Below, piece by piece: positions 1-9,556 of a stretch of DNA of 64,000 nt. Position numbers and translations under genes: made by a program. Every line of letters begins with the position of its first letter. Positions within the stretch are counted from its first letter, which is position 1. The stretch is from an uncultured bacterium (GTDB taxonomy: Bacteria > Bacteroidota > Rhodothermia > Balneolales > DATFMH01). Under the pieces are notes generated by a model that was not told the DNA's origin, made no database searches, and worked only from the letters and a program-made list of their open reading frames with translations. The stretch lies in NCBI GenBank assembly GCA_963787205.1, contig CAWBCD010000021.1, positions 92,714 through 156,713 on the forward strand, given 5' to 3'.

Positions 1-660
1 GAGGGAAAGGAACCCGTTATCGGCTTTAGCGAGCAGCTCGCGTTCGTACACATCCTGTGCAATCATGTGGACAAATGCCGCGGCTGAAGAGAGACCGGAC
101 ACAAGGAAAAGAATCCCCAGTATAGAGCTGTTCCATAACGGCCTTCCGGTAAGTGTGCTCAAAAGAATGCCCGTATAAACGCCCAGCATGGCGCCTAATA
201 TCATGTTGAGCACACCGATATTCTTGATTGCAAAAGGATGTTCATTTACCCTTTCAGTCAGTTGCCCGAGCTTCGGAAATCTATCCAGAATAAAATCAGG
301 GAGCCTGATGATCATATTCAGGATGAGTGCAGGATATACCAGCAAGAGGATCCACGCACCCCAAGACATGGGTGAGGTAATTTTGAACGTGGTGTAGAGC
401 CTCCAGAAATAGAGTTTATGCTCAAGATCCAGGAATAAGGCCAGCATTCCGAGGCTTAAAAATATCACGCTCAGAAACGGCAGATAGAAACAGGAACACT
501 TGGTTTCCCCGGTTCTTCCCTTGAACAAAAAATAGCCTGAGATGATCATCATGCCGGCAACGAGTCCACCTATGAACAGGTAAACCGGTATTTGCCAGCC
601 CCACATATGTAGCGTAGGGTCGATTAATTCGTTGTGGCGGGTTATCGTTAGTTCATCCAT
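1..660 (-). CDS. NrfD/PsrC-type integral membrane (quinol-interacting) subunit of the molybdopterin oxidoreductase; C-terminus cut by window edge
   Basis: Absent from the ORF track because it runs off the window. Manual translation from ATG at 660 stays open to nt 1 (220 codons): MDELTITRHNELIDPTLHMWGWQIPVYLFIGGLVAGMMIISGYFLF... It has several hydrophobic helices and starts 9 nt after the stop of the Fe-S subunit gene. Confidence 0.7.
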   Translation of the reverse strand, partial: MDELTITRHNELIDPTLHMWGWQIPVYLFIGGLVAGMMIISGYFLFKGRTGETKCSCFYLPFLSVIFLSLGMLALFLDLEHKLYFWRLYTTFKITSPMSWGAWILLLVYPALILNMIIRLPDFILDRFPKLGQLTERVNEHPFAIKNIGVLNMILGAMLGVYTGILLSTLTGRPLWNSSILGILFLVSGLSSAAAFVHMIAQDVYERELLAKADNGFLSL

Positions 661-668
661 TGTTGCCT

Positions 669-1226
669 CTATGTCAGATAAAAGATTTTTGGCTTCGTAC
701 CGGCCTCCGGAATCCGTACATGATATTTGCGTGACTGTAATAGTTGGCTTACTTCACTATCCGGATCATCAAGATCACCGAAATAAATGCTATGTGTCGG
801 ACAGACATCGACACATGCCGGGTTCTCACCTTTCACAACACGATGAAAACAGAAATCACACTTGTCAGCATATCCTTCTGGGTTTATGAATCGTGCATCA
901 TAAGGACAGGCGCCGATACAGGCCTTGCAACCAATGCATAAATCAGAATCGACCTGGACAATCTCTCCAAAATCAGAATAGTGGCTTGCTCCGGTCGGGC
1001 AAACGGTTACACAGGGGGCTTCTTCACACTGGTTGCAGCGTTCACTCCTGATTTCCATGTTCAGGTCGGGGAATTCGCCCATCACATCTTCGACAATCCA
1101 GACCCGGTTGAAACCTTCCGGGACGTTGTTTTCTGTTTTGCAGGCAACGACGCAGTCCATGCAACCGACACATTTACGGGTATCTATGACCATTCCAAAT
1201 CGTGCCATCTCATACCTCCAACTCAA
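669..1226 (-). CDS. 4Fe-4S ferredoxin-type electron-transfer subunit (PsrB/PhsB-like)
   Basis: 185-aa ORF with four cysteine clusters (CVGCMDCVVAC, CNQCEEAPCVTVCP, CIGCKACIGACP, CDFC...CVDVCP). It overlaps the end of the catalytic subunit gene. Confidence 0.9.
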   Translation of the reverse strand: MSWRYEMARFGMVIDTRKCVGCMDCVVACKTENNVPEGFNRVWIVEDVMGEFPDLNMEIRSERCNQCEEAPCVTVCPTGASHYSDFGEIVQVDSDLCIGCKACIGACPYDARFINPEGYADKCDFCFHRVVKGENPACVDVCPTHSIYFGDLDDPDSEVSQLLQSRKYHVRIPEAGTKPKIFYLT

Positions 1227-3408
1227 AAGTTACAAAGTTGACCCTCATGCCGGTCCCGCCCATGATGGGGTCTGTCTTCACTTGTGTAATCAACCGGGAG
1301 TCGTCAGCTCCTTTGAGGTACGCTCCTTTCAGCATCTTTGAAGTATGGCCAAAGCCGTGAACCATATAGACACAGTCGGGTCTGATCCTTTCAGTTACAA
1401 ATGCTTTAACATTATTGCTGATAACGCCATCCTGGTTTTTTAGTTTGATGAAGCTCCCGTTCCGTATACCATAATGCTGAGCAATATCTCTGTTTATCCA
1501 TACCTGATTGGTAGCCATCATGTCATCCAGTATCCGGTTGGTCTGCGTTCTACTGAACGTGTGGACCGGTGCCCGGCCGTAAAGCAGACGGAAATAACCC
1601 GGGGGTGGATCATCGGGTTTGGTGTATTTGGGAACGGGATCGAATCCTTTATTCTGTAGTTGCAGGGAATAGAATTCGATTTTGCCGGAAGGCGTTTCGA
1701 AATATGGTTTTACTCCGTCCTCATAATAGATCGGCTGTTTGGGCGCGATGACCACACCTTTTTTCTTCATATGTTCAAGACTCAAACCGACCTTTTTCAA
1801 GCGATAGTCGAGATATTCTTCGACGTTATTCCACGGGAACCAGGCATCCAATCCAAGCCGGGTTGCCAGTTTTTTTGCAATCCAGTAATTGGGCTTCTGA
1901 TCTCCAGGCGGGTCAATTACCGGTTGACGCAGCCCCACGTAAGGCACTTTGAAACTTGGATTGTTGAGTTCGTCATATCTCTCCAGATATACCGACTCGG
2001 GCAACACCACATCGGCCCATCCTGCAATTTCACTTCCGATCGTGTCGACAACGACAAGAAAATCCAGGTTCCTGATGGCTTCAATTGTCTTTTCCGGCTG
2101 CGGCAGGGAGTATGGCAGGTTGGTTCCGTACACAAACCATCCTTTTATCGGATAGGGTTTGCCGGTTATGGTAGCTTCCCTGACACCTGTTGTTATTTCC
2201 TCAATGGCAAAAGGATATTTTTCATCAGGATTATCCAACGGTTTCTTCGCCGATTTCGGATAAGGCGGATAAGGATACTCAGGAATATCAAGCCAGGTTG
2301 GTTGATACAACCCGCCTTTCCGTCCCCAGCTTCCAAGCAAGGCATTCAGCAAAGCGAGGGCCCGGGAACGCTGGGTATCGTCGCCATACCATGTCGAATG
2401 ACGGCCCGGGTGTACCAGTGTTGCCGGCCGGTACCGTGCCATTTCACGGGCGGTTTTTCTGATTACATCCGCTTCGATACCCGTTTCCGGATAAGCCCAC
2501 TCCGGAGTGTATGATGCGATTTCTGCTGCAAACTGTTCAAAGCCGAAACCATATTTGGCCACATAGTCTGCATCATAGAGCTTTTCATTTACCAGTACGT
2601 TCATCCACGCCAAAAGAAGAGCGAGATCTGTTCCGGGCTTGATCGGCAGATAATATTTGGCTTTGCTGGCTGCTACGGAGAAACGGGGGTCGACTACGAT
2701 GACGGAAGCATGGTTCTGGACTGCCTTCGAAAATTCCTGTACCTGGGTATTGTGCATGTTCTCCCCGATGTGCGAGCCGATCAGTACAATACATTGGGCG
2801 TTCTCGATATCGGTTCTTTCAGGACCACCGACCGTTTCCCCGTATGTCAATTTAAACGCCACATCGCGGGGACCTTTACACTGCGCGAAAGATGGCGCCC
2901 CGAAGTTGACCGTGCCGTATGCCTTCATCATATGCTGAAGAAACGTAGCCCCGATACCGTGGTGGAACATAGCCATCGATTCCGGACCGTACTTCTCCTT
3001 AATTTCAAGCATGCGTTTGGCAACGTGGTCCAGGGCTTCGTTCCAGGTCACTTCAACCCATTGTTCCTCGCCGCGTACATTCTTTCGAATCAACGGAGAA
3101 CGCAGCCTGTCCGGATCGTAATGGGCACCAACCCCACCGGTACCCCGAGGACAAAGTCTTCCCTTGCTGAGTGGATCATCCGGATGGCCTTCAATCTTCC
3201 ATAACTTGCCATCCTTTACATATGCCATAGCGCCACATCTCCAAAAACACATGGCGCAGTAGGTCGGTATTTTTTGGATACCCGTTACACTCTTTTGCGT
3301 GACTTTTTTCGCTCCTTTTGTAAAAGGACCCATCGAACCGGCCAATACAGCTGCTCCAATGGTGGTGCTTGAAATTTTCAGGAACTTACGTCTTGAAATA
3401 GAATTCAT
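1210..3408 (-). CDS. Tat-exported bis-MGD molybdopterin oxidoreductase catalytic subunit (polysulfide/thiosulfate/tetrathionate/arsenate-reductase clade; substrate unassigned)
   Basis: 732-aa ORF. It has a twin-arginine signal (SRRKFLK) and the N-terminal Fe-S ligand motif CAMCFWRCG...LCPRG. Gene order A-B-NrfD is typical of the Psr/Phs family. Confidence 0.9.
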   Translation of the reverse strand: MNSISRRKFLKISSTTIGAAVLAGSMGPFTKGAKKVTQKSVTGIQKIPTYCAMCFWRCGAMAYVKDGKLWKIEGHPDDPLSKGRLCPRGTGGVGAHYDPDRLRSPLIRKNVRGEEQWVEVTWNEALDHVAKRMLEIKEKYGPESMAMFHHGIGATFLQHMMKAYGTVNFGAPSFAQCKGPRDVAFKLTYGETVGGPERTDIENAQCIVLIGSHIGENMHNTQVQEFSKAVQNHASVIVVDPRFSVAASKAKYYLPIKPGTDLALLLAWMNVLVNEKLYDADYVAKYGFGFEQFAAEIASYTPEWAYPETGIEADVIRKTAREMARYRPATLVHPGRHSTWYGDDTQRSRALALLNALLGSWGRKGGLYQPTWLDIPEYPYPPYPKSAKKPLDNPDEKYPFAIEEITTGVREATITGKPYPIKGWFVYGTNLPYSLPQPEKTIEAIRNLDFLVVVDTIGSEIAGWADVVLPESVYLERYDELNNPSFKVPYVGLRQPVIDPPGDQKPNYWIAKKLATRLGLDAWFPWNNVEEYLDYRLKKVGLSLEHMKKKGVVIAPKQPIYYEDGVKPYFETPSGKIEFYSLQLQNKGFDPVPKYTKPDDPPPGYFRLLYGRAPVHTFSRTQTNRILDDMMATNQVWINRDIAQHYGIRNGSFIKLKNQDGVISNNVKAFVTERIRPDCVYMVHGFGHTSKMLKGAYLKGADDSRLITQVKTDPIMGGTGMRVNFVTFELEV

Positions 3409-3459
3409 AATATCCTCGAGCCGTTGGTTATGCTCTGTTTAGGGGACCCGGCAGAATTA

Positions 3460-3933
3460 TTACGCCGTTTCCGCCTTTCCCTCATGGGTTAATACCCAGT
3501 TATCGATAGCCGAAATCAGTTGTTCGATAGCATTTAAAACGGGTTGCCGGTGTTCCGGTTCAATATGACTCAAGATGTCGGCATGTAAATCATAGGAAGC
3601 CTGCCGGATATGATCGACCATCTCACTTCCCTTTTTGGTAAGATGAACATCGATGTTGCGCCGGTCTTCCGGTGATATGCGTCGTTTGATGATTCCCTTG
3701 TCCTCAAGCGACGTCAGTATTCGGGTAACTCCGCCAGATGTAATTTCAAGTCGTGAAGATAACTCCTTTACCCCCATTACATTGCTGTCGAAAAACTGTA
3801 CCAGGCATATATATTCGGAAGTGGTGATATCAAGGCTGCGAACAAAATAGTTATCCTTGAGAGCACATTTTTGACGAAGCGTGAACACCAGTTTCGCCAT
3901 TCTTGTCACATATTCCTGATTGCAGGGCATCAT
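3460..3933 (-). CDS. MarR-family transcriptional regulator
   Basis: 157 aa with a winged-helix segment LSSRLEITSGGVTRILTSLEDKGIIKRRISPEDRRNIDVHLTKKG. Confidence 0.85.
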   Translation of the reverse strand: MMPCNQEYVTRMAKLVFTLRQKCALKDNYFVRSLDITTSEYICLVQFFDSNVMGVKELSSRLEITSGGVTRILTSLEDKGIIKRRISPEDRRNIDVHLTKKGSEMVDHIRQASYDLHADILSHIEPEHRQPVLNAIEQLISAIDNWVLTHEGKAETA

Positions 3934-3948
3934 GAGGCTCCCGATTTG

Positions 3949-3961
3949 TTACAGACTGTAA
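3949..3961. promoter_or_regulatory. Candidate MarR operator palindrome TTACAG-A-CTGTAA in the divergent promoter region
   Basis: Perfect 6-1-6 inverted repeat 16 nt upstream of the MarR start. A second small palindrome, CTTACaaaGTAAG, lies at 3965-3977. Confidence 0.25.
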
Positions 3962-4170
3962 TTTCTTACAAAGTAAGATTATTAACTATATAACTAACTG
4001 ACTATGTTAAATAATGCTAAAACCACACATATCTTGTCATTGGATAAAAAAAGACCACCACCGATGTTCATTTGTCTGTGCGGGAAATATTTGTCAAGGC
4101 CCTATTTTGTATTAACTTGTTTTGCTTGTGCTAGCAACGTATTGACCATTAATTTTGTGGGAGAAAAATC

Positions 4171-4812
4171 ATGAAAAAAAGCATCTTGCTGATGTTGGTG
4201 GCCGGACTCATTATATCAGCCTGCAGCAGTCCTCAAAAGGATGAAAGCAATCCAAAAACAGAAACTGTCAGCCAAAAAACGGATAGTTCGAATCAGAAGT
4301 CAGATAATCACAGACCCACAAAGGGACCAGTAAAGGTGTCTTTCAATACACCCACAATAAAGGATTACGGTGCTGAACATTATTTCCCGGATGCGGCTGT
4401 TCAACCTGATCCTAAAATGAATTACAAGGTTGTTTTCCTGATTATTCACAATGATGCTAAGGCAGAACATAATGAGGGACTTGATCATATAGCCCGGTTA
4501 ATCAATTTGCTGCATGATGCCGGGGTAAAACCGAATCATATTAATATAGTCGGTGTTTTGACAGGTCCGGCTACAGCCGTTGCAATGGCCGACAGCACAT
4601 ACAAGAAAATGTATACTGTGCCTAATCCCAATGATAGCCTTATGACAGAATTGACAAGAGTCGGCCATGTGAAACTGTATGTTTGCGCACAGGCGCTGTC
4701 ATTCATGGGATATGGCCCGGCTTACCTGAATCCAAACGTTAAAAGGGCCCTCTCGGCGTTAACCACTGTTACGACGTATGAGCTTAAAGGGTATGCTTTG
4801 ATGCAGTTTTAG
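4171..4812 (+). CDS. DsrE/DsrF-like family lipoprotein
   Basis: 213 aa with lipobox LIISAC and a low-complexity linker. The core (YKVVFLIIHND...IVGVLTGPA...LYVCAQAL...ELKGYALMQF) resembles the DsrE-like family from memory. Confidence 0.55.
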   Translation: MKKSILLMLVAGLIISACSSPQKDESNPKTETVSQKTDSSNQKSDNHRPTKGPVKVSFNTPTIKDYGAEHYFPDAAVQPDPKMNYKVVFLIIHNDAKAEHNEGLDHIARLINLLHDAGVKPNHINIVGVLTGPATAVAMADSTYKKMYTVPNPNDSLMTELTRVGHVKLYVCAQALSFMGYGPAYLNPNVKRALSALTTVTTYELKGYALMQF

Positions 4813-5101
4813 TGGGGAATGTATAAAACTGTCATTGGGAGGAATCCCTTTAGGATGACGTGACAATCTCGTCATCAATTGGAAACGCATAATACAGAGG
4901 CATGAATAGATCGTTTCTCGCTGAAACGAGATTGCCGCGGTGTCTTCTGACTTTTGCCATAGAATCCCGCAAGAGATAGGGAACCCCCATATATCGTATA
5001 AAAGCATTTTCACAGTGAAGCCACCTCGCAATGACAATACTTTTTACTGGTGCTACAAAGAAATGTAGTCTTATCTGATTCTAACAATTTAGTTGGCAGG
5101 A

Positions 5102-6460
5102 TCAACTTCCTGCCACAGAATGTTTTCGACGATTCCTTTTAAAAAGGAGAAAAGCCGGGATGCCTGCCAATACAGTCAGTAAGGCAAAGGATGATTCAGC
5201 CGGCCTCTCAAAAAAAGCAAGCAACAGAATGAGAGTACCAGTGATTGCATAGACAATGGGGGGCACCGCTGATCCTAAATGTTCATGCTTTACTTTTCGG
5301 AGTTTGAATACCCCGAGGACTGCCAGGATCGGGAAAATTCCGAGTGAAAATCCCATGTAGGTCAGGATCTGATCGAAAGTGCCCGAAAGGACCATGATGA
5401 TGGAAAGACCACTCTGCAGGAGGATAGCTTTTGACGGAACATTATTGGCCGGATTAACATTAGAAACGAACCTGAAGAAATAGCCATCCTTTGCCATGGA
5501 ATAATAGACACGCGGACCGAGAATGATAAAGGCGCTTAGTGAGGAGAACAGTGCAAAAGAGATCAACAGAGAGAAAACCGTCTCCATTGAGCGTCCGAAC
5601 AGGGTGCCCACAGCCAGTCCCCCGATTGAAATAACGCCGCTCATATTTTGGGGTGCCACTGCATAAATGAATAACAGGTTCAAAAGAAAATAGAGCAGAA
5701 TTACACTGCCGGTTCCAATCAGCAGGGATAAAGGGATGTTTTTTGATGGATCCCGGATCTCGGATCCGATATATGTGGAGGCATTCCATCCGCTGTAAGC
5801 AAACATGATCCACATAAGTGATAATCCAATCGTTTTCCAGCCGCCGAAGTCATAAGTATACGATCCGCCCGATGTCAGGTGGTTTATATCACCATCACCC
5901 CAGGCAAAACCGATGGCGATCAGGCCGACGATCAGAGCTACTTTTAATACGGTGAGGTAGTTCTGAACCTTTGCTCCGAATTCGATGCCACGAAGGTGGA
6001 TGGCTGTGAATAACAGAATTGCGAGGAGAGCGAGTCCTTTTTTAATTGTAACCGGCGACAGAAACGGAACCGGGTTCTCCAGTACGATGATGGCAGGAAA
6101 AGCACGTACAAAATATTCGCTGAACCCAATGGCCGATGCAGCAATTGGAGCAGAGAAGCCAACGATGAATGAAATCCATCCGCTAAGAAAACCGATCATC
6201 GGATGATAGAGGCGGGATAGAAAGAGATATTCCCCGCCGGCATGAGGCATGGCAACCCCCAGCCTGCTATATGCGAATGCACCGCAGAAAGCAATAACTC
6301 CACCGGCAATCCAAAGAAAAATCATGATCATGGGATTGCGGAGATCAGCCATCAATAATCCGGAAGTCGTGAAGATCCCGGCACCAATCATATTTGCAAT
6401 GACGATATTAGTGACCGGGAACAGTCCGAGTCTCCGTTCCAATTGCACATCGGTTGCCAT
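5102..6460 (-). CDS. APC-superfamily amino acid permease
   Basis: 452 aa with about 12 predicted TM helices and a typical N-terminal motif (IANMIGAGIFTTSG). Confidence 0.85.
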   Translation of the reverse strand: MATDVQLERRLGLFPVTNIVIANMIGAGIFTTSGLLMADLRNPMIMIFLWIAGGVIAFCGAFAYSRLGVAMPHAGGEYLFLSRLYHPMIGFLSGWISFIVGFSAPIAASAIGFSEYFVRAFPAIIVLENPVPFLSPVTIKKGLALLAILLFTAIHLRGIEFGAKVQNYLTVLKVALIVGLIAIGFAWGDGDINHLTSGGSYTYDFGGWKTIGLSLMWIMFAYSGWNASTYIGSEIRDPSKNIPLSLLIGTGSVILLYFLLNLLFIYAVAPQNMSGVISIGGLAVGTLFGRSMETVFSLLISFALFSSLSAFIILGPRVYYSMAKDGYFFRFVSNVNPANNVPSKAILLQSGLSIIMVLSGTFDQILTYMGFSLGIFPILAVLGVFKLRKVKHEHLGSAVPPIVYAITGTLILLLAFFERPAESSFALLTVLAGIPAFLLFKRNRRKHSVAGS

Positions 6461-6475
6461 TTTCAGAGTCCAAAG

Positions 6476-7138
6476 CTATTCCGATTTTTTGTAACTGATG
6501 GATACCCCGGCTCCCGATTCATCTACGGTTGTTTGGTAATTGGGAAGTTTCAGAACATATCTCAGAAATTCCTGTGTGCCGCCAAAGCCGTAGTTGTTAT
6601 GAATATTGTGGACGGTGAAGCACCCGCCGACAACCAGCTTCGGATCCAGCGCTGTGAAATATTTTGTCGACCAGCCTTTATCAGCATCATGGAAAACGAA
6701 GTCGATGGGTCCGTCAAGTTTGGGGACCAATTCATGGGCGTCAGCCAGCCGCGCATCGACGTAATCGGAAAGACCTGCTTCCCTGAAATTCTTTACTGCT
6801 TCATTATGCCGGGATTCATCAATCTCGATGGTTGTAAGTTTACCTCCGGTCTTGCTGAGTGCCCACGCTATCCAAATACCCGATCGCCCGGTAGACGTGC
6901 CGATCTCGAGGGCATTCTTGTAGCCATTTTTGAGGATAATGTCGTATAACAATTTACCATCCGATTCCGGGACATTCATATCACGCCATTGGTTGCGATG
7001 ACTTTTTAAAAATTTCTCAACACGGGTGTCGAGTTCTTTGTTTTCTTTCATTTGTTGAGCCAGCGCGGGTGTGGAATATGTGGCGACTATCATTGAAAAA
7101 GAAATGAATAGCAGAAAAAGATAGGTGAAGGGTTTCAT
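6476..7138 (-). CDS. Class I SAM-dependent O-methyltransferase (family-3/caffeoyl-CoA-OMT-like) with N-terminal signal peptide
   Basis: 220 aa. Signal-like N-terminus MKPFTYLFLLFISFSMIVATYSTPALAQ. SAM-binding motif ALEIGTSTGRSG and FHDADK. Confidence 0.75.
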   Translation of the reverse strand: MKPFTYLFLLFISFSMIVATYSTPALAQQMKENKELDTRVEKFLKSHRNQWRDMNVPESDGKLLYDIILKNGYKNALEIGTSTGRSGIWIAWALSKTGGKLTTIEIDESRHNEAVKNFREAGLSDYVDARLADAHELVPKLDGPIDFVFHDADKGWSTKYFTALDPKLVVGGCFTVHNIHNNYGFGGTQEFLRYVLKLPNYQTTVDESGAGVSISYKKSE

Positions 7139-7443
7139 TTTGATCCTCCATTGGTTGTCTCTGTTTTTGAAGGCCCTGGCCGGTAATTGAAGAGATGCGA
7201 TCGTGGCCAGGTACGCTTGTCTGAATTTTTCCAGATAGAATAGATTACGCGAAAATCTAAGTATCTATATGATAATACAGGATACTGTTTAATGAAAAGT
7301 TATAGCGGAAAAACGAGGCGTTTCAGACAAAATAAGCATAAACAGTAAATTCCACGAAGGGGTCTACACTCTTCAGTGTTATGTTTGCAACCGTCCTTGT
7401 TAATTGACTTACAGTCTCACCATGGATATGGCGTGGGAGAGGT

Positions 7444-7881
7444 TCAGGGATAATTACTAAAAGCCTTAATACCTTCCAGGTATGCCGCAAATTCCTCATT
7501 GAACAGCGCCCCCGGACGTCTGTTTCTTAACAGCTCAACCGCTTCACAACCATCCATTCCCATGTAGGTGAGAATCAGCCCGGCCATCAAGGCCGAACGG
7601 TTGAACCCCAAACCACAATGTGACAGCACTTTGTACCCGTTATTTATGAGATCGCTACCCATACGTGCGACAGAATGCAGTTTCTCAAGATCCGGAAGCT
7701 CCCGGTCTATGATGGGGAAGTAGATATAAAGGAGGTGATTCGGGACCGTCGGTACGCCAATGTCCAGATCGCCATCCAGGTCTATTACGGCTGATATTTT
7801 GTTCTTTTCAATAGGATCCCAGTCGTCAACATCCGGTGAGAGGTATAAATAACCTTCACGATCAACCTGAATAATTTCCAT
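7444..7881 (-). CDS. Dual-specificity / tyrosine protein phosphatase
   Basis: 145 aa containing the CX5R active-site loop HCGLGFNRS. Confidence 0.8.
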   Translation of the reverse strand: MEIIQVDREGYLYLSPDVDDWDPIEKNKISAVIDLDGDLDIGVPTVPNHLLYIYFPIIDRELPDLEKLHSVARMGSDLINNGYKVLSHCGLGFNRSALMAGLILTYMGMDGCEAVELLRNRRPGALFNEEFAAYLEGIKAFSNYP

Positions 7882-8040
7882 TGTACAAACTTTCTGAAGT
7901 GTTCATCATTAAATCAATAACAGGTAGCCACTGGTTTCAGGCACGTCTGTAAGTGTATAGAGTGCAGGGAAAAATGAATACCTTCAACTATCATTTAATT
8001 TTTACGCGGAACTTTAACGTTTGTTTCTATCGTGGATATG

Positions 8041-9267
8041 TCACCAGCCTTTTATTTTCAATTTTAGAGCATTAGCATAACGATCAAGTGCTGTGCGCGC
8101 AGCTTTGGCACTGGCCGGCGTCTCGGGTTTGGTGGAGTCCGGACCCTCAAAATGCCAGGATAGTACGTTCAGAACCCCGGCTTTACGATCGGCTTTCAGG
8201 TCAAACCGTCCAATCAGATGTTCGCCAGCAAGAATAGGCATGCAGTAATATCCGTAGATACGTTTCGGCGCCGGTTTGAAGATTTCGAGGATCTGGTCAA
8301 AATCAAAAAGAAGCTTCACCCGATTTCGGTCCCACAGCACAGGGTCAAAAGGGGAGAGAAGCACACCCTGATCCCGACGGGGGCGTATGCGTGAGAGGCG
8401 CTTCGCCAGATCAAGGTCGTCAAATCGTATCCAACCTGCCGTTTTTTTGCCATGCGCCCGAACCAGGGCACAGGGTATGATCGTATCATTCTCGACCAGC
8501 CGGTGCAATGCAGCGGTTATTTGTTTTTGGCGGTTACGTAGTCGCCATGTCTGCGTCAGGGTTCCTGTTGTGGCCCATCCATGGCCTTGTAATGCGTAAA
8601 GGAGGAGGCGTTCAATGGCCCCCGGTTCCGGTACAGCTGATTCTCTGTGATGATCCGGAATGACATTCTCTGTGAGATCATACGTGCGCTGAAAATTACG
8701 ACGTTCTCTGATTGCCAGTTCGCCCGACGACCACATTGCCGTTGCTACACGTTTGGTTGTCTTCAGATCCCACCATCCACTGCTGCCGCTACCCTCCATG
8801 TCCAGCGATCGCAGCGGCCCCTCGTTGCGAATACGACGGCGAAGGCGGTCGGCGATATCGGGATGCTTGCCGACGAGATCTCCCCACCATGGATGTTTCA
8901 CAAACTCTTTGCGACGAAAATCCATAACCGGGTAGAGGTCCATGGGAAGCCAGCTCGCCTCGTGTCCCCAGTATTCGAAGATGGGCTCACCGGGTTGCAA
9001 CAATTCTTCAGCCAGTTGAGGGTCGAAGCCTTCCAGACGGGATAGTAAAACGATAGCGTGGCTTCGGGCACCTGCAATGGAAACGGTGTCCAGTTGAAGA
9101 TAACCGAACCTGTTGATGATTTGCCAGGCGACTTTACGTGCATGAAGACCTCTCCCGGCAGCTCGCTGGGGCAGGCCGGTCCAGGCTGGTTTTAGAAGAC
9201 CTGCGCATGTTAGTGCCAGCCGGCGTGCAGACCGGATGTCGATAGTCTCACTACGTCTGGAGGACAT
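8041..9267 (-). CDS. YcaQ/AlkZ-like winged-helix DNA glycosylase family protein (HTH_42)
   Basis: 408 aa. Length and segments such as FEYWGHEASWLP and YCMPIL match my recollection of the YcaQ family. Confidence 0.6.
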   Translation of the reverse strand: MSSRRSETIDIRSARRLALTCAGLLKPAWTGLPQRAAGRGLHARKVAWQIINRFGYLQLDTVSIAGARSHAIVLLSRLEGFDPQLAEELLQPGEPIFEYWGHEASWLPMDLYPVMDFRRKEFVKHPWWGDLVGKHPDIADRLRRRIRNEGPLRSLDMEGSGSSGWWDLKTTKRVATAMWSSGELAIRERRNFQRTYDLTENVIPDHHRESAVPEPGAIERLLLYALQGHGWATTGTLTQTWRLRNRQKQITAALHRLVENDTIIPCALVRAHGKKTAGWIRFDDLDLAKRLSRIRPRRDQGVLLSPFDPVLWDRNRVKLLFDFDQILEIFKPAPKRIYGYYCMPILAGEHLIGRFDLKADRKAGVLNVLSWHFEGPDSTKPETPASAKAARTALDRYANALKLKIKGW

Positions 9268-9556
9268 AGTTGTCTGGTTAAAAAGGATCTGGATTTATTT
9301 GAATAATTAACCAGATAAGGTAACAAAATGTATAGACAGTATGAAGATTCTATCGCTGGGGGGATTCCCGGAGAGCGGATGATGAATAGTGAATTCACGC
9401 TTCAGTTAGTGCCGTTTTTGATTGAATGAATCAAAGAAATTAGACTCATAGTGAGCTAAGAATATTGATTATCCTTATAAAGGATTTGTCCTGATCCTTT
9501 CAGAATCAATTAATGGTCGGAATGACATTTTGTAAATTTTTAAAATACCATGGTAA

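Noticed and set aside
1660-2514. Long plus-strand ORF (284 aa) inside the molybdopterin oxidoreductase gene. Similar long antisense ORFs occur at 6443-6949, 10324-10839, 30190-30942, 30976-31767 and 41261-41773.
   Set aside because: All lie fully antisense to genes with strong family motifs. Their translations are low-complexity and Arg/Ser/Pro-rich, typical of shadow ORFs, and none shows a recognisable motif.
1210-3408. Naming the molybdoenzyme specifically as arsenate reductase ArrA or polysulfide reductase PsrA.
   Set aside because: The Tat signal, Fe-S motif and partner subunits are shared by the whole clade. Discriminating residues cannot be judged without an alignment, so only a clade-level call is justified.
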